A stretch of DNA of 52,514 bases from Octopus sinensis. Taxonomy: Eukaryota. The position numbers were made by a program, and so were the translations under genes. The notes under the pieces were generated by a model that saw only the letters and a program-made list of their open reading frames with translations, had not been told where the DNA came from and made no database searches. Shown here in pieces: positions 11,372-23,042 of this stretch. The stretch covers positions 1 through 52,514 of the forward strand of contig NW_021833949.1 of the NCBI RefSeq assembly GCF_006345805.1, read 5' to 3'. The stretch's first letter is position 1; each line of letters begins with the position of its first letter.

Positions 11372-11968
11372 TCTTTTATCTTTTACTGGTTTTAGACAGG
11401 GGCTGAGGCCATGCTGGGGCACCGCCTTTTAGCGTAGTTGGGTTTCTTTCCTGTATTGTTTCTGGTGAAGAATCGAGTTGGACGGAGCTGCCCTTCTTTG
11501 TGACTCCTGCCGCGATGCGGATTCTTCGGGTATCTCACATAAAAATTTGCCCAGACCTTCTTTGAAGGCTTCCATATTTACACCGCGCAATTCTCTGAGG
11601 TTGTTTGGCAGAATGACGAATAATTGTGGACTCTTGAAACCCAAGCTGTTACAGTACTGGGTCCCTGTTGTAGATGGAGAAGACGAGATCTTTGGTACTG
11701 TCTAGTGCCGTCCAACTCAATAGCTGATATAGCTTTAAATTCCAAAGCTGGGAGTTAGATTCCAAGATCTTCCGTATGATATCGCTGCCAATCTTTCGCG
11801 TCTTTTCTCTAGGGAATACAGCTTCAGTTACTTTACCCTCTCTCAGAAACTCATCTGTTGCACTGAGTCAGTAATCTTTGTGTAGTGGGGCTGGACTGCC
11901 TCCAGTTCTGTCACCACTTCCACGTTCTGCGGTGACCACAGTTGGGAGCAGTAATCCAGATGACTGAG
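11372..11968 (-). mobile_element. CR1-like LINE 3' fragment with 3' UTR, decayed
   Basis: LSHLDYCSQLWSP..ELEAVQ, KLYSLEKRRER, GFKSPQLFVILPNNLR..FK..L.KFL.EIPEE with frameshifts and stops; stop at 11429-11431. Confidence 0.85.
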
Positions 11969-12155
11969 AATCAATAAAGTTGACCTTGGCAGGATTTGAA
12001 CTCGCTGTATTTAAATAGTACAGGCATTCTGTCTGATACTATGTCTAGGAATTCGCCTCGAAAGGGGTGGATTGGCATTTGGAACGGTGGTTTGGCATTT
12101 AGAACGGCGGATCTCGAAGCAAATTTTAAATATTGGATTTAAAAAACGCTTTGAC

Positions 12156-12286
12156 TAGAAAGGGTCGAATGTCGCCGTGGGACTTGATCCCACATCAGCC
12201 GTAACCATGGCAGGCGTTTTCCTATCGGACCAATATAATCCCTCGAATTTCTCTAGGCGTCTTAGAAACTTCGTGTTCAACAGCGA
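12156..12286 (-). repeat. 131-bp interspersed repeat with tRNA T-arm-like hairpin, copy 1
   Basis: Ungapped homologue of 14512-14642; GTGGGATCAAGTCCCAC hairpin. Confidence 0.7.
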
Positions 12287-12364
12287 GAATTGTATGCTGT
12301 TCACGTCATATGTATATCGTGCTTCGTACATTTTTAGTTGTACACGCTTCATGACGTCATGTGC

Positions 12365-12411
<47 letters not shown>

Positions 12412-12413
<2 letters not shown>

Positions 12414-12775
12414 TAAACAGTAAAAATAATTACAGACATGGACAAGAACATGAAACACCACAGAGACGACACAAGAACCACAGGACGGGACATTCGAAGC
12501 CCTCAGTCATCAGTCAAGAACCAGATCATCTTAGCAATTTCGGCTGATTAATCTTGAGATTGCTCCGATATGGCCAGCCCGCCAAGGGAAATCTAAGCCA
12601 AGCGCATTAGATCCCCTGGAAGAAAGCTTCGAATGTATACAACGCGAGGACGGAAAACGAACGAAGTACACAAACAAAAATACAGAATACGTGACACCAA
12701 TAAGAATACAAAAACGTAAAAACAATAACGGCAAAAATAAAAAATAAACAACAAAACAATATATAAGTATAGATG
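12412..12775 (-). mobile_element. Structured non-coding repeat between (TA)n tracts
   Basis: Its 12480-12640 part is homologous to about 19380-19535 on the plus strand. Confidence 0.6.
12491..12635 (-). ncRNA. Candidate rearranged hammerhead ribozyme, copy 1
   Basis: GCAAT-C-TCAAGA...CC-GAA-ATTGC...TCTTGA-CTGATGA; closing stem CATTCGAAGC/GCTTCGAATG; stem II unresolved. Confidence 0.45.
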
Positions 12776-12922
12776 TATGTACATAGACGTATGTATATAT
12801 GCATATATATATATACACACATATGTATATATTCATATACACATATGTATATATTCATATACACATATGTATATATTCATATACACATATGTATATATTC
12901 ATATACACAAATGTATATATTC

Positions 12923-12954
<32 letters not shown>

Positions 12955-13080
12955 GTATATATTCATATACACATATGTATATATTCATATACCATATGTA
13001 TATATTCATATATATATATATATATATATTATATATACACATATGTATATATTCATATACATATGTATATATTCATATAT

Positions 13081-13124
<44 letters not shown>

Positions 13125-13182
13125 ATAGGTATACGTATGTATATATGCATATATATATATAAAGAGAGAGAGAGAGAGAGAG
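12775..13182. repeat. TA-derived 22-nt minisatellite (TATACACATATGTATATATTCA)n plus (TA)n and (GA)n
   Basis: Unit repeated about 10 times in 12810-13080. Confidence 0.9.
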
Positions 13183-13958
13183 ACTGGAGTCTGAATCACA
13201 AAATATAACCATATTCTGTTGTGAAAATCAGTTGTCCACCCGACAACAATGTGGTGATAAAAAAAAGATTCGGATCAATAAAAATGGATGGACCTTTGAT
13301 AAGAAGCCAGTAAATCCAGTACCCAAAACACACTTTAATCATTATCCCTATTATTATTGGAGCAACTGGATACGTAGCAACTCAGCAAGATCCGACTTGT
13401 GGTTATGCTTGTATTTTTGATTTTTGGCAGATAGATCGTAACTCCATATTTCATTCGTTCGCATTTCATTATCCGAGATACTGAGATAATTTGCAGATGA
13501 TCCCGATACCTGGAACAATAAATAACCTGCAACACCTTAAAATTTAAAGGATGAATGGTTGTGTAAAAGAGTAGTCGCACATAGAAAATAAATATCAAAT
13601 ATCTTTTCTGTACAAACTTGCTTACGAGTGGGCGGCCGATCAGAATAAAATGTAAAAAATTTAAACCAGGAAGATAAACTAAAGAAACACGCCTGCAAAA
13701 GAAACAAACGGACATGCGTTTGTATATACACATGCAGGTGGGTATATAGCCACACATGCATGAATTCAGTCAAGCATGCTTATGTACATGTATCCGTGAA
13801 AGTGCTCGAGATTGAATAGATACAAGTATATATAACGAACGGTTGGATACATGGGTACGTTCACAATGCGAATATATGTGTGCGTATAAATGTTTATATA
13901 TTCTACGAATGCACAGAATCTAAGGTGAAGCGAGAGCTACAAGCATATCATTTTTTTT

Positions 13959-14355
13959 ATTCTATTACTTGTTTCAGTCATGTGACTGCGGCCATGCTGG
14001 AGTTTTAGTCGAAGAAATCGACTCCAGGACTTATTCTTTGTAAACTTAGCATTTATTCTATCGGGTTTTTTAAAATCAAACCGCTAAGTTACGGGGACGT
14101 AAGCACACCAACATCGGTTGTCAAACGATGGCTGGGGAGCAAACACAGACACAAAGACACACACACAAACACACACACACACACATATATATATATATGG
14201 CAGTCTTCTTTCAGTTTCTGTCTACCAAATCCACTCACAAGGCTTTAGTTGACCCGAGGCTATAGTAGAAGACACCTGCCCAAGGAGCCACGCAGTGGGA
14301 CTGAACCCGGAACTATGGAGTTGGGAAGCAAGCTTCTTACCACACAGCCATGCCT
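13959..14355 (-). mobile_element. SINE family A, near full length
   Basis: Head, CORE-like segment, internal CA/TA repeat and tail present. Confidence 0.9.
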
Positions 14356-14511
14356 CTGTGAGTGTGTGTGTGTGTGTGTGTGTGTATACGAGCCGGCATT
14401 ATGATTCAGTTTGGCTGTTTCGATATTTGAAAATAATATTTCCAATTTTGGTATAAAGCCAGTTATTTTGATGGGGGGGGGAGTCAATTACATCCACCCC
14501 AGTACTTTGAA

Positions 14512-14642
14512 TAGAAAGGGTCGAATGTCGCCGTGGGACTCGATCCCACATCACCCGTAACCACGGCAAGCGTTTTCCTATTGGACCAATATAACCCCTC
14601 GAATTTCTCTATGCATTTTAGAAACTTCGTTCTCATCAGCGA
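14512..14642 (-). repeat. 131-bp interspersed repeat, copy 2
   Basis: Homologue of 12156-12286. Confidence 0.7.
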
Positions 14643-15489
14643 ATGAAGGACAAATGGCAAAGTCGATCACGGCAGGAATTGAACTCGGAACGTAAGCAGC
14701 CGGAAGAAACGCCGCTGAGTAATTTGTCCGACGCGCCAGCGTTCCTTTCAGCTCACTACAGAAAAATGCTTGAATATAATAATAATGATGATGATGGTGG
14801 TGGTTTCTTTTATTAGTTAAGGAAGACGAAAGAATATGTTGGTCTAAAATCGTTCTAATGAAATCAGCAGCAATTTCCTGTTCCACTAGATAGATTCCTG
14901 AGTAGTTGCTAATAATTAGCTGCAATATGAAATTCTTGCAGTGTTTTCTAATACAGAAACGAGATTATGAAAATACAATTGAACAGCAGCACGCCAGTAA
15001 CATATACATACATATAAACATACATACATACATACATACATACATACATACATAATGTATGTATGTATGCATGTGTAAGTCAGTATTTCATTAATTCAGT
15101 TAGTATTGATTGCAAAGATGTCAGTGATGATAGCAACAAAAACCAGAGATTCTGTGGAATTTTCAGAGGAATTGAAGAATATGTATTAAACACGCAGAAA
15201 CCATAGAAGCATGGGGATTTCTTTGAAAGAAATCACAAAAAAAAAAAATCATTGTGTTTGCTTTTAAGAAAGAGAAGAATAAAATGTGATGAAATTAAAA
15301 GGCAGATACATTAAGTATACGTTTGAAAATATTTACAACTTCAAGAAATTAAGCTAGGTGTAAAATAAAGCAAAGGAAAATAGATTCTATAAGAGAAATA
15401 TTCAAAGACCGATTCCAAACGTTGCTTTGTAATAAAACCGACCCACATCATGTCCTGTTATCTTCTTTGCTCACTTCATTCTGAAGGGT

Positions 15490-15790
15490 CGAGGGAGGAG
15501 AGTCTTCAGCCATGCCCTACATCGTGTTCTGTCAGAAGCAACAGCCTCCAATCTCCAAATAGTTGAATCTCCAATCTCTAATCGAGCTCATTGATGTTAA
15601 CCAACCATCCTCCTTGTGGTCAACCCCTGAGGAGCGTTTTTTGCACGTAAAACCCGTTCAGCGATTCTTTCCCGAGACATTCTTCCTATGTCTCCGTAGA
15701 ATCGGAGCTGTGACATCTCAATTCGGAGAAGTAGTGGCTATACTTAGAGCACCTCCCTGAGACGGTATTCTCTGGCTGACAGACCCATAT
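15490..15790 (-). mobile_element. RTE-like LINE 3' fragment, decayed
   Basis: SQLRFYGDIGRMSRERIAERVLRAK, then RG.PQGGWL after a frameshift. Confidence 0.75.
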
Positions 15791-15834
15791 CTACTAATAC
15801 AATGAATGATTATAGAGTAGAATGAACAAAATGA

Positions 15835-16183
15835 AATAATGATCTTTCAGACGGCTGAAAGACCGCCCTCTGTTATGAATGACCATGGGATTGCACCCAG
15901 AAAAATCCCCTCCAAGGTACAAGTCTGGGCAAAGTTGTTTATGGAAGACCAGCAGTTGCCCATGCATACCAACCTCCCCTCTCTATGCTACCGATGTTAT
16001 CCAAGGGAAAGGCAAAGGGGCCGATACAGCTTGGTGCCAGTGATTTCGCAACTCATTTCTGCAGCTGAGAGAACTGGTGTGACGTGAAATAAAATGTCTT
16101 GCTCAAGAACACAACGCACAGCCCAGTCCGAAAATCGAACTCCCTATCTCATGAGTGTCAGCCTGACGCCCTAACCACTGAGC
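15835..16183 (-). mobile_element. SINE with family D head and a distinct tail
   Basis: Head GCTCAGTGGTTAGGGCG, TTGTGTTCTTGAGCAAGAC core-like segment. Confidence 0.75.
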
Positions 16184-16287
16184 TTTTATTCATCATATAT
16201 TTGCTGGACTACACTGCCTTTGTGCCAATTGATTTTGAAAATAACGAAGAATTAAGTAAAATAACTTTGTCACTGAGCTGGTGTATA

Positions 16288-16406
16288 CACGAGCGTAGCT
16301 AAGTGAGGGCGACAGGGGCGGCACTTTTGGGTCTGTTGAGGCAATATGTGTTTTTGTAGGGTCCGGGTGCGGCAAACGGACGGTATACACTCTACCTATG
16401 CTAGTG
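16288..16406. mobile_element. hAT-like MITE with perfect 8-bp TSD
   Basis: TIRs CACGAGCGTAG/CTATGCTAGTG; TSD GGTGTATA at 16280-16287 and 16407-16414. Confidence 0.8.
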
Positions 16407-16520
16407 GGTGTATACCAAATAAATTAGTATGAAAATTTAATGGAAGGTTTTAATTTAAATCGCTTTAAAACATGTAGCTAGTAACATACAAGGAAGGGCG
16501 ATCTCGGGTGGGCTTGCATC

Positions 16521-16915
16521 CTTTTCTACTCTAGGCACGAGGCCCGAAATTTGGCGGGAGGGGCAAGTCGATTAGATCGATCCCAGTACGCAACTGGTAC
16601 TTAATTTATCGACCCTGAAAGGATGAAAGGCAAAGTCGACCTCGGCGGAATTTGAACTCAAAACGTAACGGCAGACGAAATACCTATTTCTTTATTACCC
16701 ACAAGGGGCTAAACACAGAGGGGACAAACAAGGACAGACAAACGGATTAAGTCGATTATATCGACCCCAGTGCGTAACTGGTACTTAATTTATCGACCCC
16801 GAAAGGATGAAAGGCAAAGTCGACCTCGGCGGACTTTGAACTCAGAACGTAGCGGCAGACGAAATACTGCTAAGCATTTCGCCTGGCGTGCTAACGTGTC
16901 TGCCAGCTCGCCGCC
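16521..16915 (-). mobile_element. SINE family B dimer (tail-A unit joined to headless tail-B unit)
   Basis: Junction AAAGAAATA|GGTATTTCGTC at about 16684. Confidence 0.9.
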
Positions 16916-17512
16916 TTCTCGGATGGGCTTACATCAAAAAGGGTACGCTTCATTGATGCTTTGTAGAGCTGAACCATGGTCTGTTAAGAGTGTAACGTAG
17001 TTTCCTGCGGCTTAACAACACAAATATCATCCATCCAGCTCCTTTGCCCCACTCTTCCTGTGAGGTTCCGTAGGGACAGAATTCTCAAACATGCCATCCA
17101 CTGAACACACACACACACACATATACACACATTATTGCATAGCTCTGTTATGGCCATTACTCAGCTTCGCGTCGACAAAAGACATGCACACACACACGCA
17201 CAGACACTCTCTCTCTCTCTTTCTCTCTCTCCCTCTTACACACACACACATACGCGCGCACGCACAGAGGAAGCCATTTGATATAATCTTAGATAATGTT
17301 AATGTTATAAAAACAGGTGGGTCCCAACCTCTTGAATTATGATGTTATCACCCGGTTACTATTGAAAAGGCTTCTCCCAAAGAGAGGTTGTGTGTGTGTG
17401 TGTGTGTGTGTGTCGGTGATGAGGTTTCGCTTAGGCATTGTAATAGTCTTAACCTGGTGTTAGAACTCAAATATACATATGCTTCAGAAAAGCGTTAAGC
17501 AAATACAAAGAT

Positions 17513-17769
17513 TGTGGAGGCGCGTGGCTTAGTGGTTAGGGTGTCAGTACCATGATCGTAAGATTGTGGGTTCGATTCCTGGACCGGGTGACGCGTTGTG
17601 TTCCTGAGCAAAACACTTCATTTCACGTTGCTCCAGTCCACTCAGCTGGCAAAAATGAGTAACGCTGCGATGGACTGGCGTCCCGTCCATCTGGGAAACA
17701 CACGCCATAGAAACCGGGAAACCGGGCCCATGAGCCTGGCTAGGCTTTAAAAGGGCGCATTTATTATTT
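17513..17769 (+). mobile_element. SINE family D, full length
   Basis: A-box TGGCTTAGTGG, B-box GGTTCGATTCC, GCGATGGACTGGCGTCCCGTCC module, (TTA)n end. Confidence 0.85.
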
Positions 17770-18167
17770 ATATATAAATACAGAGATTAAATACACGACA
17801 AAGGAACAGGAAAAGTGAGCAAATGAAAACGTAAAGTTCTCTATGGCAGTCATTATTTGAAAACACTTTGACGGCTTGTTTCTCTGGGATAGGTTAAGTC
17901 GGGTAGATACCTCCGATGGGAACTCACTTAAGGTTTGAAAATAGATTACGGTTTTTCGTCATTATTGCCCTTGTAGCGGATGCTATGTTTATTATTTGGC
18001 TGCCTAGACTTAAACAGTTGGCAATCGGCGAATTTAGCCTGTTTTCTACAAGTGGTCACATGACCATACCAGTTCGTGCCGATTGAATGCTTTAAGTCAT
18101 CTAATCAAACCACTTGCCATACCACCAAAAGTGAGGTCCTTTTTGAGCCCACAGATAACTAAATAAA

Positions 18168-18310
18168 TACTCTTTTACTTGTTTCAGTCATTTGACTGCG
18201 ACCATGCTGGAGTACCGCCTTTAGTTGAGCAAATCGACCCAAGGACTTATTCTTTGTGAACCTAGTACTTATTATATCGGTCTCTTTTGCCGAACCGCTA
18301 AGTTACGATC
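18168..18310 (-). mobile_element. SINE family A, 3' fragment
   Basis: Tail sequence match. Confidence 0.8.
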
Positions 18311-18786
18311 CCACATATACGCACGCACACATGCATATACGTATGTATGTATGTATTAGCAGGAAAGAAATATTGTACAACAAAGTTGATCATAAAAGTA
18401 AAGATGTGACAAAAATCATTTATTGAGGATCGTATTTCATATGTCTGACTATCAAGCGAATACTTCTTCGAAATTACAATTTCTTTAAAAGAAAAAGTTC
18501 TTCAAGACATCAATAACATCAAAGCTTTGAAAGAGTTCTGATTGCTCATCGAAGTTATTTACAACCGGTTAAAATATTTTCTAGTGCAAGAACAAGGAGA
18601 ATTTCTCTTTAAAAATGTTATTTCGTATTTTACAGTCAATACATTTTAAAGAGATTTTTTAGTGATTTTAACCCTTTTAAATATTGTTAATTTTTTTTTT
18701 CATTAAATGATTAACCTACACTAATAACGAGTACTTTCATCCACAAAAGGCTTAGGATATTTGTGTGGGTGTACATATACATAGCG

Positions 18787-18960
18787 CAGGCGCGTGGCTT
18801 AGTGGTTGGAGTGTTGAACTCATGATCCTCAGATAGTGGTTTCGATTTCTGGACCTGGGGGATACAATGTGTTCTTGAGCAAAACACTATATTTCACGTT
18901 GCTCCAGTCCATTCAGCTGGCAAAAATGTGTAATTCTGCGACGGATGAGGCAGTTGGTGA
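18787..18960 (+). mobile_element. SINE family D, 3'-truncated
   Basis: Aligns to 17513-17680. Confidence 0.7.
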
Positions 18961-19217
18961 GTGTATACCCCACGGTGATCTCTGGGGTACTTTTCTCGAC
19001 AGAATTTTCCTCGAGGATTTGACCAGTGTGGACTTCACCCCGAGATATAGAAATATACAAGGATATTCAAATAATATACATATATACCATTATGCCTATA
19101 AAACGGATTTATGAACTCAATACCCATACATATCTTACATCTATTTTCTTTCCTCCACCTCACTCTCTATTTGTATCACATCGAAACTAACTATGACTTA
19201 ATTTTTCCTCTCACACC

Positions 19218-19276
19218 GTCTCAGATGAAGGGATATTATTTATCATTAATTAATATCCTAGAAACAGCTGTAAGAC
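19218..19276 (+). pseudogene. Degenerate type I hammerhead (Penelope-type)
   Basis: GTCT-CAGATGA, stem II GGATATTA/TAATATCC, GAAAC-AGCT-GTA-AGAC; palindromic ACAGCTGT; core U4 changed to A. Confidence 0.65.
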
Positions 19277-19384
19277 CTTCCATCTATAAATGCTCTAATA
19301 TCTATACAGCCTCGTTTTTTTTTTTATCTCATTACGCAAAATTTTCATGTGGCATCGTCCGTTTTTCTGTCCTTGTTTCGTATA

Positions 19385-19526
19385 CATTCGATCCTTTTTC
19401 CAAGAAATCTAATGCTCGTAGCTTAGTTTTTCCTTGGGCCTGGCCGGATCGGAGCGATCTCAAGATTAAACAGCCGAAATTGCGAGGATGATCCGGTTCT
19501 TGACTGAAGATTAGAGGCTTCGAATG
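19385..19526 (+). ncRNA. Candidate rearranged hammerhead ribozyme, copy 2
   Basis: GCGAT-C-TCAAGA...CC-GAA-ATTGC...TCTTGA-CTGAAGA. Confidence 0.45.
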
Positions 19527-19679
19527 ACTCGTCCGTTTTTTGTGTCGTCTATTTGAATGTTTTGCGTTCTTGTCCCATTTTGTATTTTTATATATATTTT
19601 TTATACATATATATATATATATTATATATATATATTATATATATATATATATATTATATATATATATTGATTAAAAAAG

Positions 19680-19821
19680 GGTAAGACAACAAAAGAATGA
19701 AAGAGACCTTGATATTATGTAAATAGAGGAATTTATCTGTAAATGTAATATGTGACAATTATTCAGTAGCCATGATAAAACTCCGAGTTTCGGATGCCGA
19801 GGTGGAAATCCACGCCGCCAT
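19680..19821 (-). mobile_element. Truncated hammerhead-bearing repeat
   Basis: Homologous to about 29324-29406; keeps GAAACTCGGAGTT but lacks CUGANGA. Confidence 0.55.
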
Positions 19822-20081
19822 GCGCCTTAAAGTATACACTCATCCACCCTCACTTGAAACGTGCACATCCTCACCCGCACCATGCGCCAAATATAAAAAA
19901 AACAACAAATATTTTACAAACTATAGAATTTTCTCAATAAAGCCAATAGAAAAAGATGTTTTATAAACACATTCTACCAGTATACAAAGTTTAAAATTTT
20001 TTAGTTACCTAGAAATTATGTTAAAAACTGCCGTTCAAACCGAAAAGGTCCCAGAATTATATATATGTACATTCATACATA

Positions 20082-20210
20082 CGGGAGGGTGCTTAAAAGT
20101 TCTTGGCTTTAAAGGTAACGTAAAAAGCCTGGTAGGAGGCCCAACCGTCCAAATTTATTTACAGGGCCTAGAAAAACTGAAAGACCGCTGCAATAAGCGC
20201 CACATTCCCC
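20082..20210 (+). mobile_element. Mariner-derived MITE fragment
   Basis: TA-CGGGAGGGTGCTTAAAAGTTC TIR; YLQGLEKLKDRC resembles a mariner transposase C-terminus; homologue of 49465-49680. Confidence 0.65.
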
Positions 20211-20519
20211 CTCATTCATCATCCTCATAGATCAATTGAACACCATTTCTATATGGAGCTAACATTAGGTCCCTATGCTCAGACTGAGATTAGGGATACT
20301 GCATGAACCCATTGATATAAGCAAGGAGGATGCAATACGACACATCGCCATATTGATTACGATGTGTCCAGATCAACACCAACATTTTAAATTAGGAATG
20401 TACAAAATCAGTAAAAAAATTAGGAAACTACTCTCATTTACATTTTCCAGTAAATTACGCAAATTGGCAACACTTCTGGCATCATCGGTGAGTAGCACTC
20501 CGTTCACTTTATGCACTAA

Positions 20520-20903
20520 ACTAGCAGTATCGCCCGGCGTTGCTCAGGTTTGTAAGGGAAATAACTATAAAGCATTTTTAGAGAGTTATAGCCAAAAACT
20601 AGGAAAAAAATGGAAAAAAATTATGGTAAATTTTTTTTTTAGTTAAAAAAGGTGGAGTTGCGTCCCCTAGACAGTTTGCGGTTTGTGTTTCTAATTCTCG
20701 ACCCCATGTCGAATTTATCGATTTTTTTCAGAACTGGGGGAACTTTTCAAAATTTTCGCTGCGTTAGTTTTGAATTATGACATTGGGCTATGTGTGTGTC
20801 AAGTTTCATCAGAATTGGTTGAAAGCCGTGGTCAGGGTGAGGGTACAAGCAAACAGACACACAGAAAACGCACAGACAAACTGCCGTTTATATAGAGAGA
20901 GAT
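20520..20903 (+). mobile_element. Non-autonomous Helitron/Helentron-type element
   Basis: Ends shared with 9296-9692. Confidence 0.65.
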
Positions 20904-21044
20904 TTCACATTTGTCACTCCTATTAACCCGTTTAGGACAATTAGATTTTGCTACAACGCACATTTTCCACTGAACTCTACCAGAGTATTTTCGTGACTAG
21001 GTGGACACTAATTTGATGGTTGAGCTCTGATTGGCTGTATACAA

Positions 21045-21309
21045 ATGAGTTCATAACTGGGATCCGGAACTCTCGTGGGAAAAAAATTTCACTGCCCGGT
21101 CCATCGCAGTTGAGCTGCTAGATGCAGGAGGAAAGAGTGAGAGAAATTTGTGGTGAAAGAGCCAGCAGAATTTCGCCATTACCTTCTGCTGGAGCCGAAT
21201 GGGGCTTAGGTGTTTCGCACATAAAAACACACATCGCCCGGTCTGAGATTTGAACCCGCAAACCCTCAACCACAAATCCGCTGTTCTAACCACTAGGCCA
21301 TATGCCTCC
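21045..21309 (-). mobile_element. SINE family C
   Basis: Head GGAGGCATATGGCCTAGTGG and B-box GGTTCAAATC. Confidence 0.7.
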
Positions 21310-21789
21310 GCTAACAGACGAATTTACGCAGAAAAAATTATATAAATCACGGTTATATACTTGCTGGCGAGATCTAACAGAAATTTTTATATATAATAAA
21401 GAACAAAAGAGCAACAATTTACGTATAACCATAGAATGATTAAATCGTACACAATAAATGAAGCATGTACAAATAACGGGTTAAAGATTTAGCACAAGAC
21501 CAACGATTTTAGAGGAGGAGTAAGTCGATTACACTGACTAGTGTCCAACTGGCGTCAGTCTAACGACAGGTTGGTTTGTTTACACCCCCCGTAACTTAGC
21601 GGTTCAGCTAAAGAAACCGTTAAAATGTACCGGGCATAAAAAAAATAAGTACTGAGGTCAATTTGTTTGACTAAGCCCCTGCACTACCTTAAACGGTTTA
21701 GTCGAACGAGTTTCAGTCAGCTAAACCATTATCGGGTAGTCCAATGATGGCTTAGCTGACCGGGACTTCGAAGTCACTGTCAATACTAT

Positions 21790-22096
21790 TATCACCGTGA
21801 CCGACCAGGCTATCAGATGTTGCTACACATCGCAAGTCACAATGCACTCCGCATTGTTTTGGCCTTCAAATGACGCCACCCCGCTGGCTAAACGAGCAGG
21901 CCAATAGAAGAAAGAGTGAGAGAAAGTTGCGGCGAAAGAGTACAGCAGGGATCCCCACCACCCCCTGCCGGAGCCACGTGGAGCTTTTGGGTGTTTTCGC
22001 TCAATAAACACTCACAACGCCCGGTCTGGGAATCGAAATCGCGATCCTACGACCGCGAGTCCGCTGCCCTAACCACTGGGCCATTGCGTCTCCACA
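21790..22096 (-). mobile_element. SINE family C with alternative tail
   Basis: Head GCAATGGCCCAGTGG, GCTCCACGTGGCTCCGGC segment, tail GGGGTGGCGTCATTTGAAGG. Confidence 0.85.
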
Positions 22097-22101
22097 CATA
22101 C

Positions 22102-22132
<31 letters not shown>

Positions 22133-23042
22133 CATTAAAACAAAAGCTCAATCTACATTCGTTTCCTAACCGCAATATAACAAGCTAAGAGGAAATACAA
22201 AAATCGTTCAATATTAACATTAAATCTAAGAAAAGTACTGTACTCTAGACCTTTATTAATATGCCAAACATATATATACATTTTCAGTTTTTTAGTTTAA
22301 AGATGCTTTTATTGATAGAATATAATTTTCTGTCTTTGGTATTTAATTTTATGATTGCAAAGACAGCAAGTATGCAAAAAGACTGCACTTTCCCCGCATC
22401 ACCGTTACATACATTCGTAGCTTGAAGTCAAAGGGGTTGAGTTCAAATTGCACTGGTCAGTTATTGATTCTGACAAACCTTACCAAGGAACAGATCAAAG
22501 GTGATCGATTATGCTTACGTAATGCACTTGCCATTCTTATGGGCTGATAATCGGCATCTACTTAATGAGCGAAACGAATTAGTTATTAATTGTAGGCATC
22601 AGATAAAGTGGTTATTCCGAAACTGCATTACGCTGAATTAATAATTATCTGTTTACCAATAATAGATTGAACATACGCTGCTGTGTATAATCCTTCCATA
22701 CATGATGTATTATATGTATTATATATATATATATATAGATAGATATAGATATAGTTGCGGAGATTTTGAGCTTGCATCATTTATTTCTTCGACTTCTGAC
22801 CTTTCACTTATTATTTAAGATGTCTTATTGCTATCTTACTTTTGAATCCTGTAACAAATGGCTAATTCCGAACTATGCAGCTTTTATCTTATCTTGTGAT
22901 GGTTTCAGTCATTGGACTGCGGCCATGCTGGGGCACTACCTTGAAGGGTTCAGTCGAAGAAATTCAACCTAATACTTTTTTAAAGCCCGGTACTTTTTCT
23001 ATCGTTCTTTTTTGCCGAACCTCTAAGTTACGGGAATGTAAC

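Noticed and set aside
13335-13757. 140-aa minus-strand ORF with an internal acceptor
   Set aside because: No recognisable motif or donor; two frames are open, so no frame can be chosen.
17513-17590. tRNA genes at SINE heads
   Set aside because: A and B boxes are present but no full cloverleaf; they run directly into SINE bodies.
20275-20646. 123-aa ORF
   Set aside because: Runs into a Helitron-type element and has no recognisable domain.
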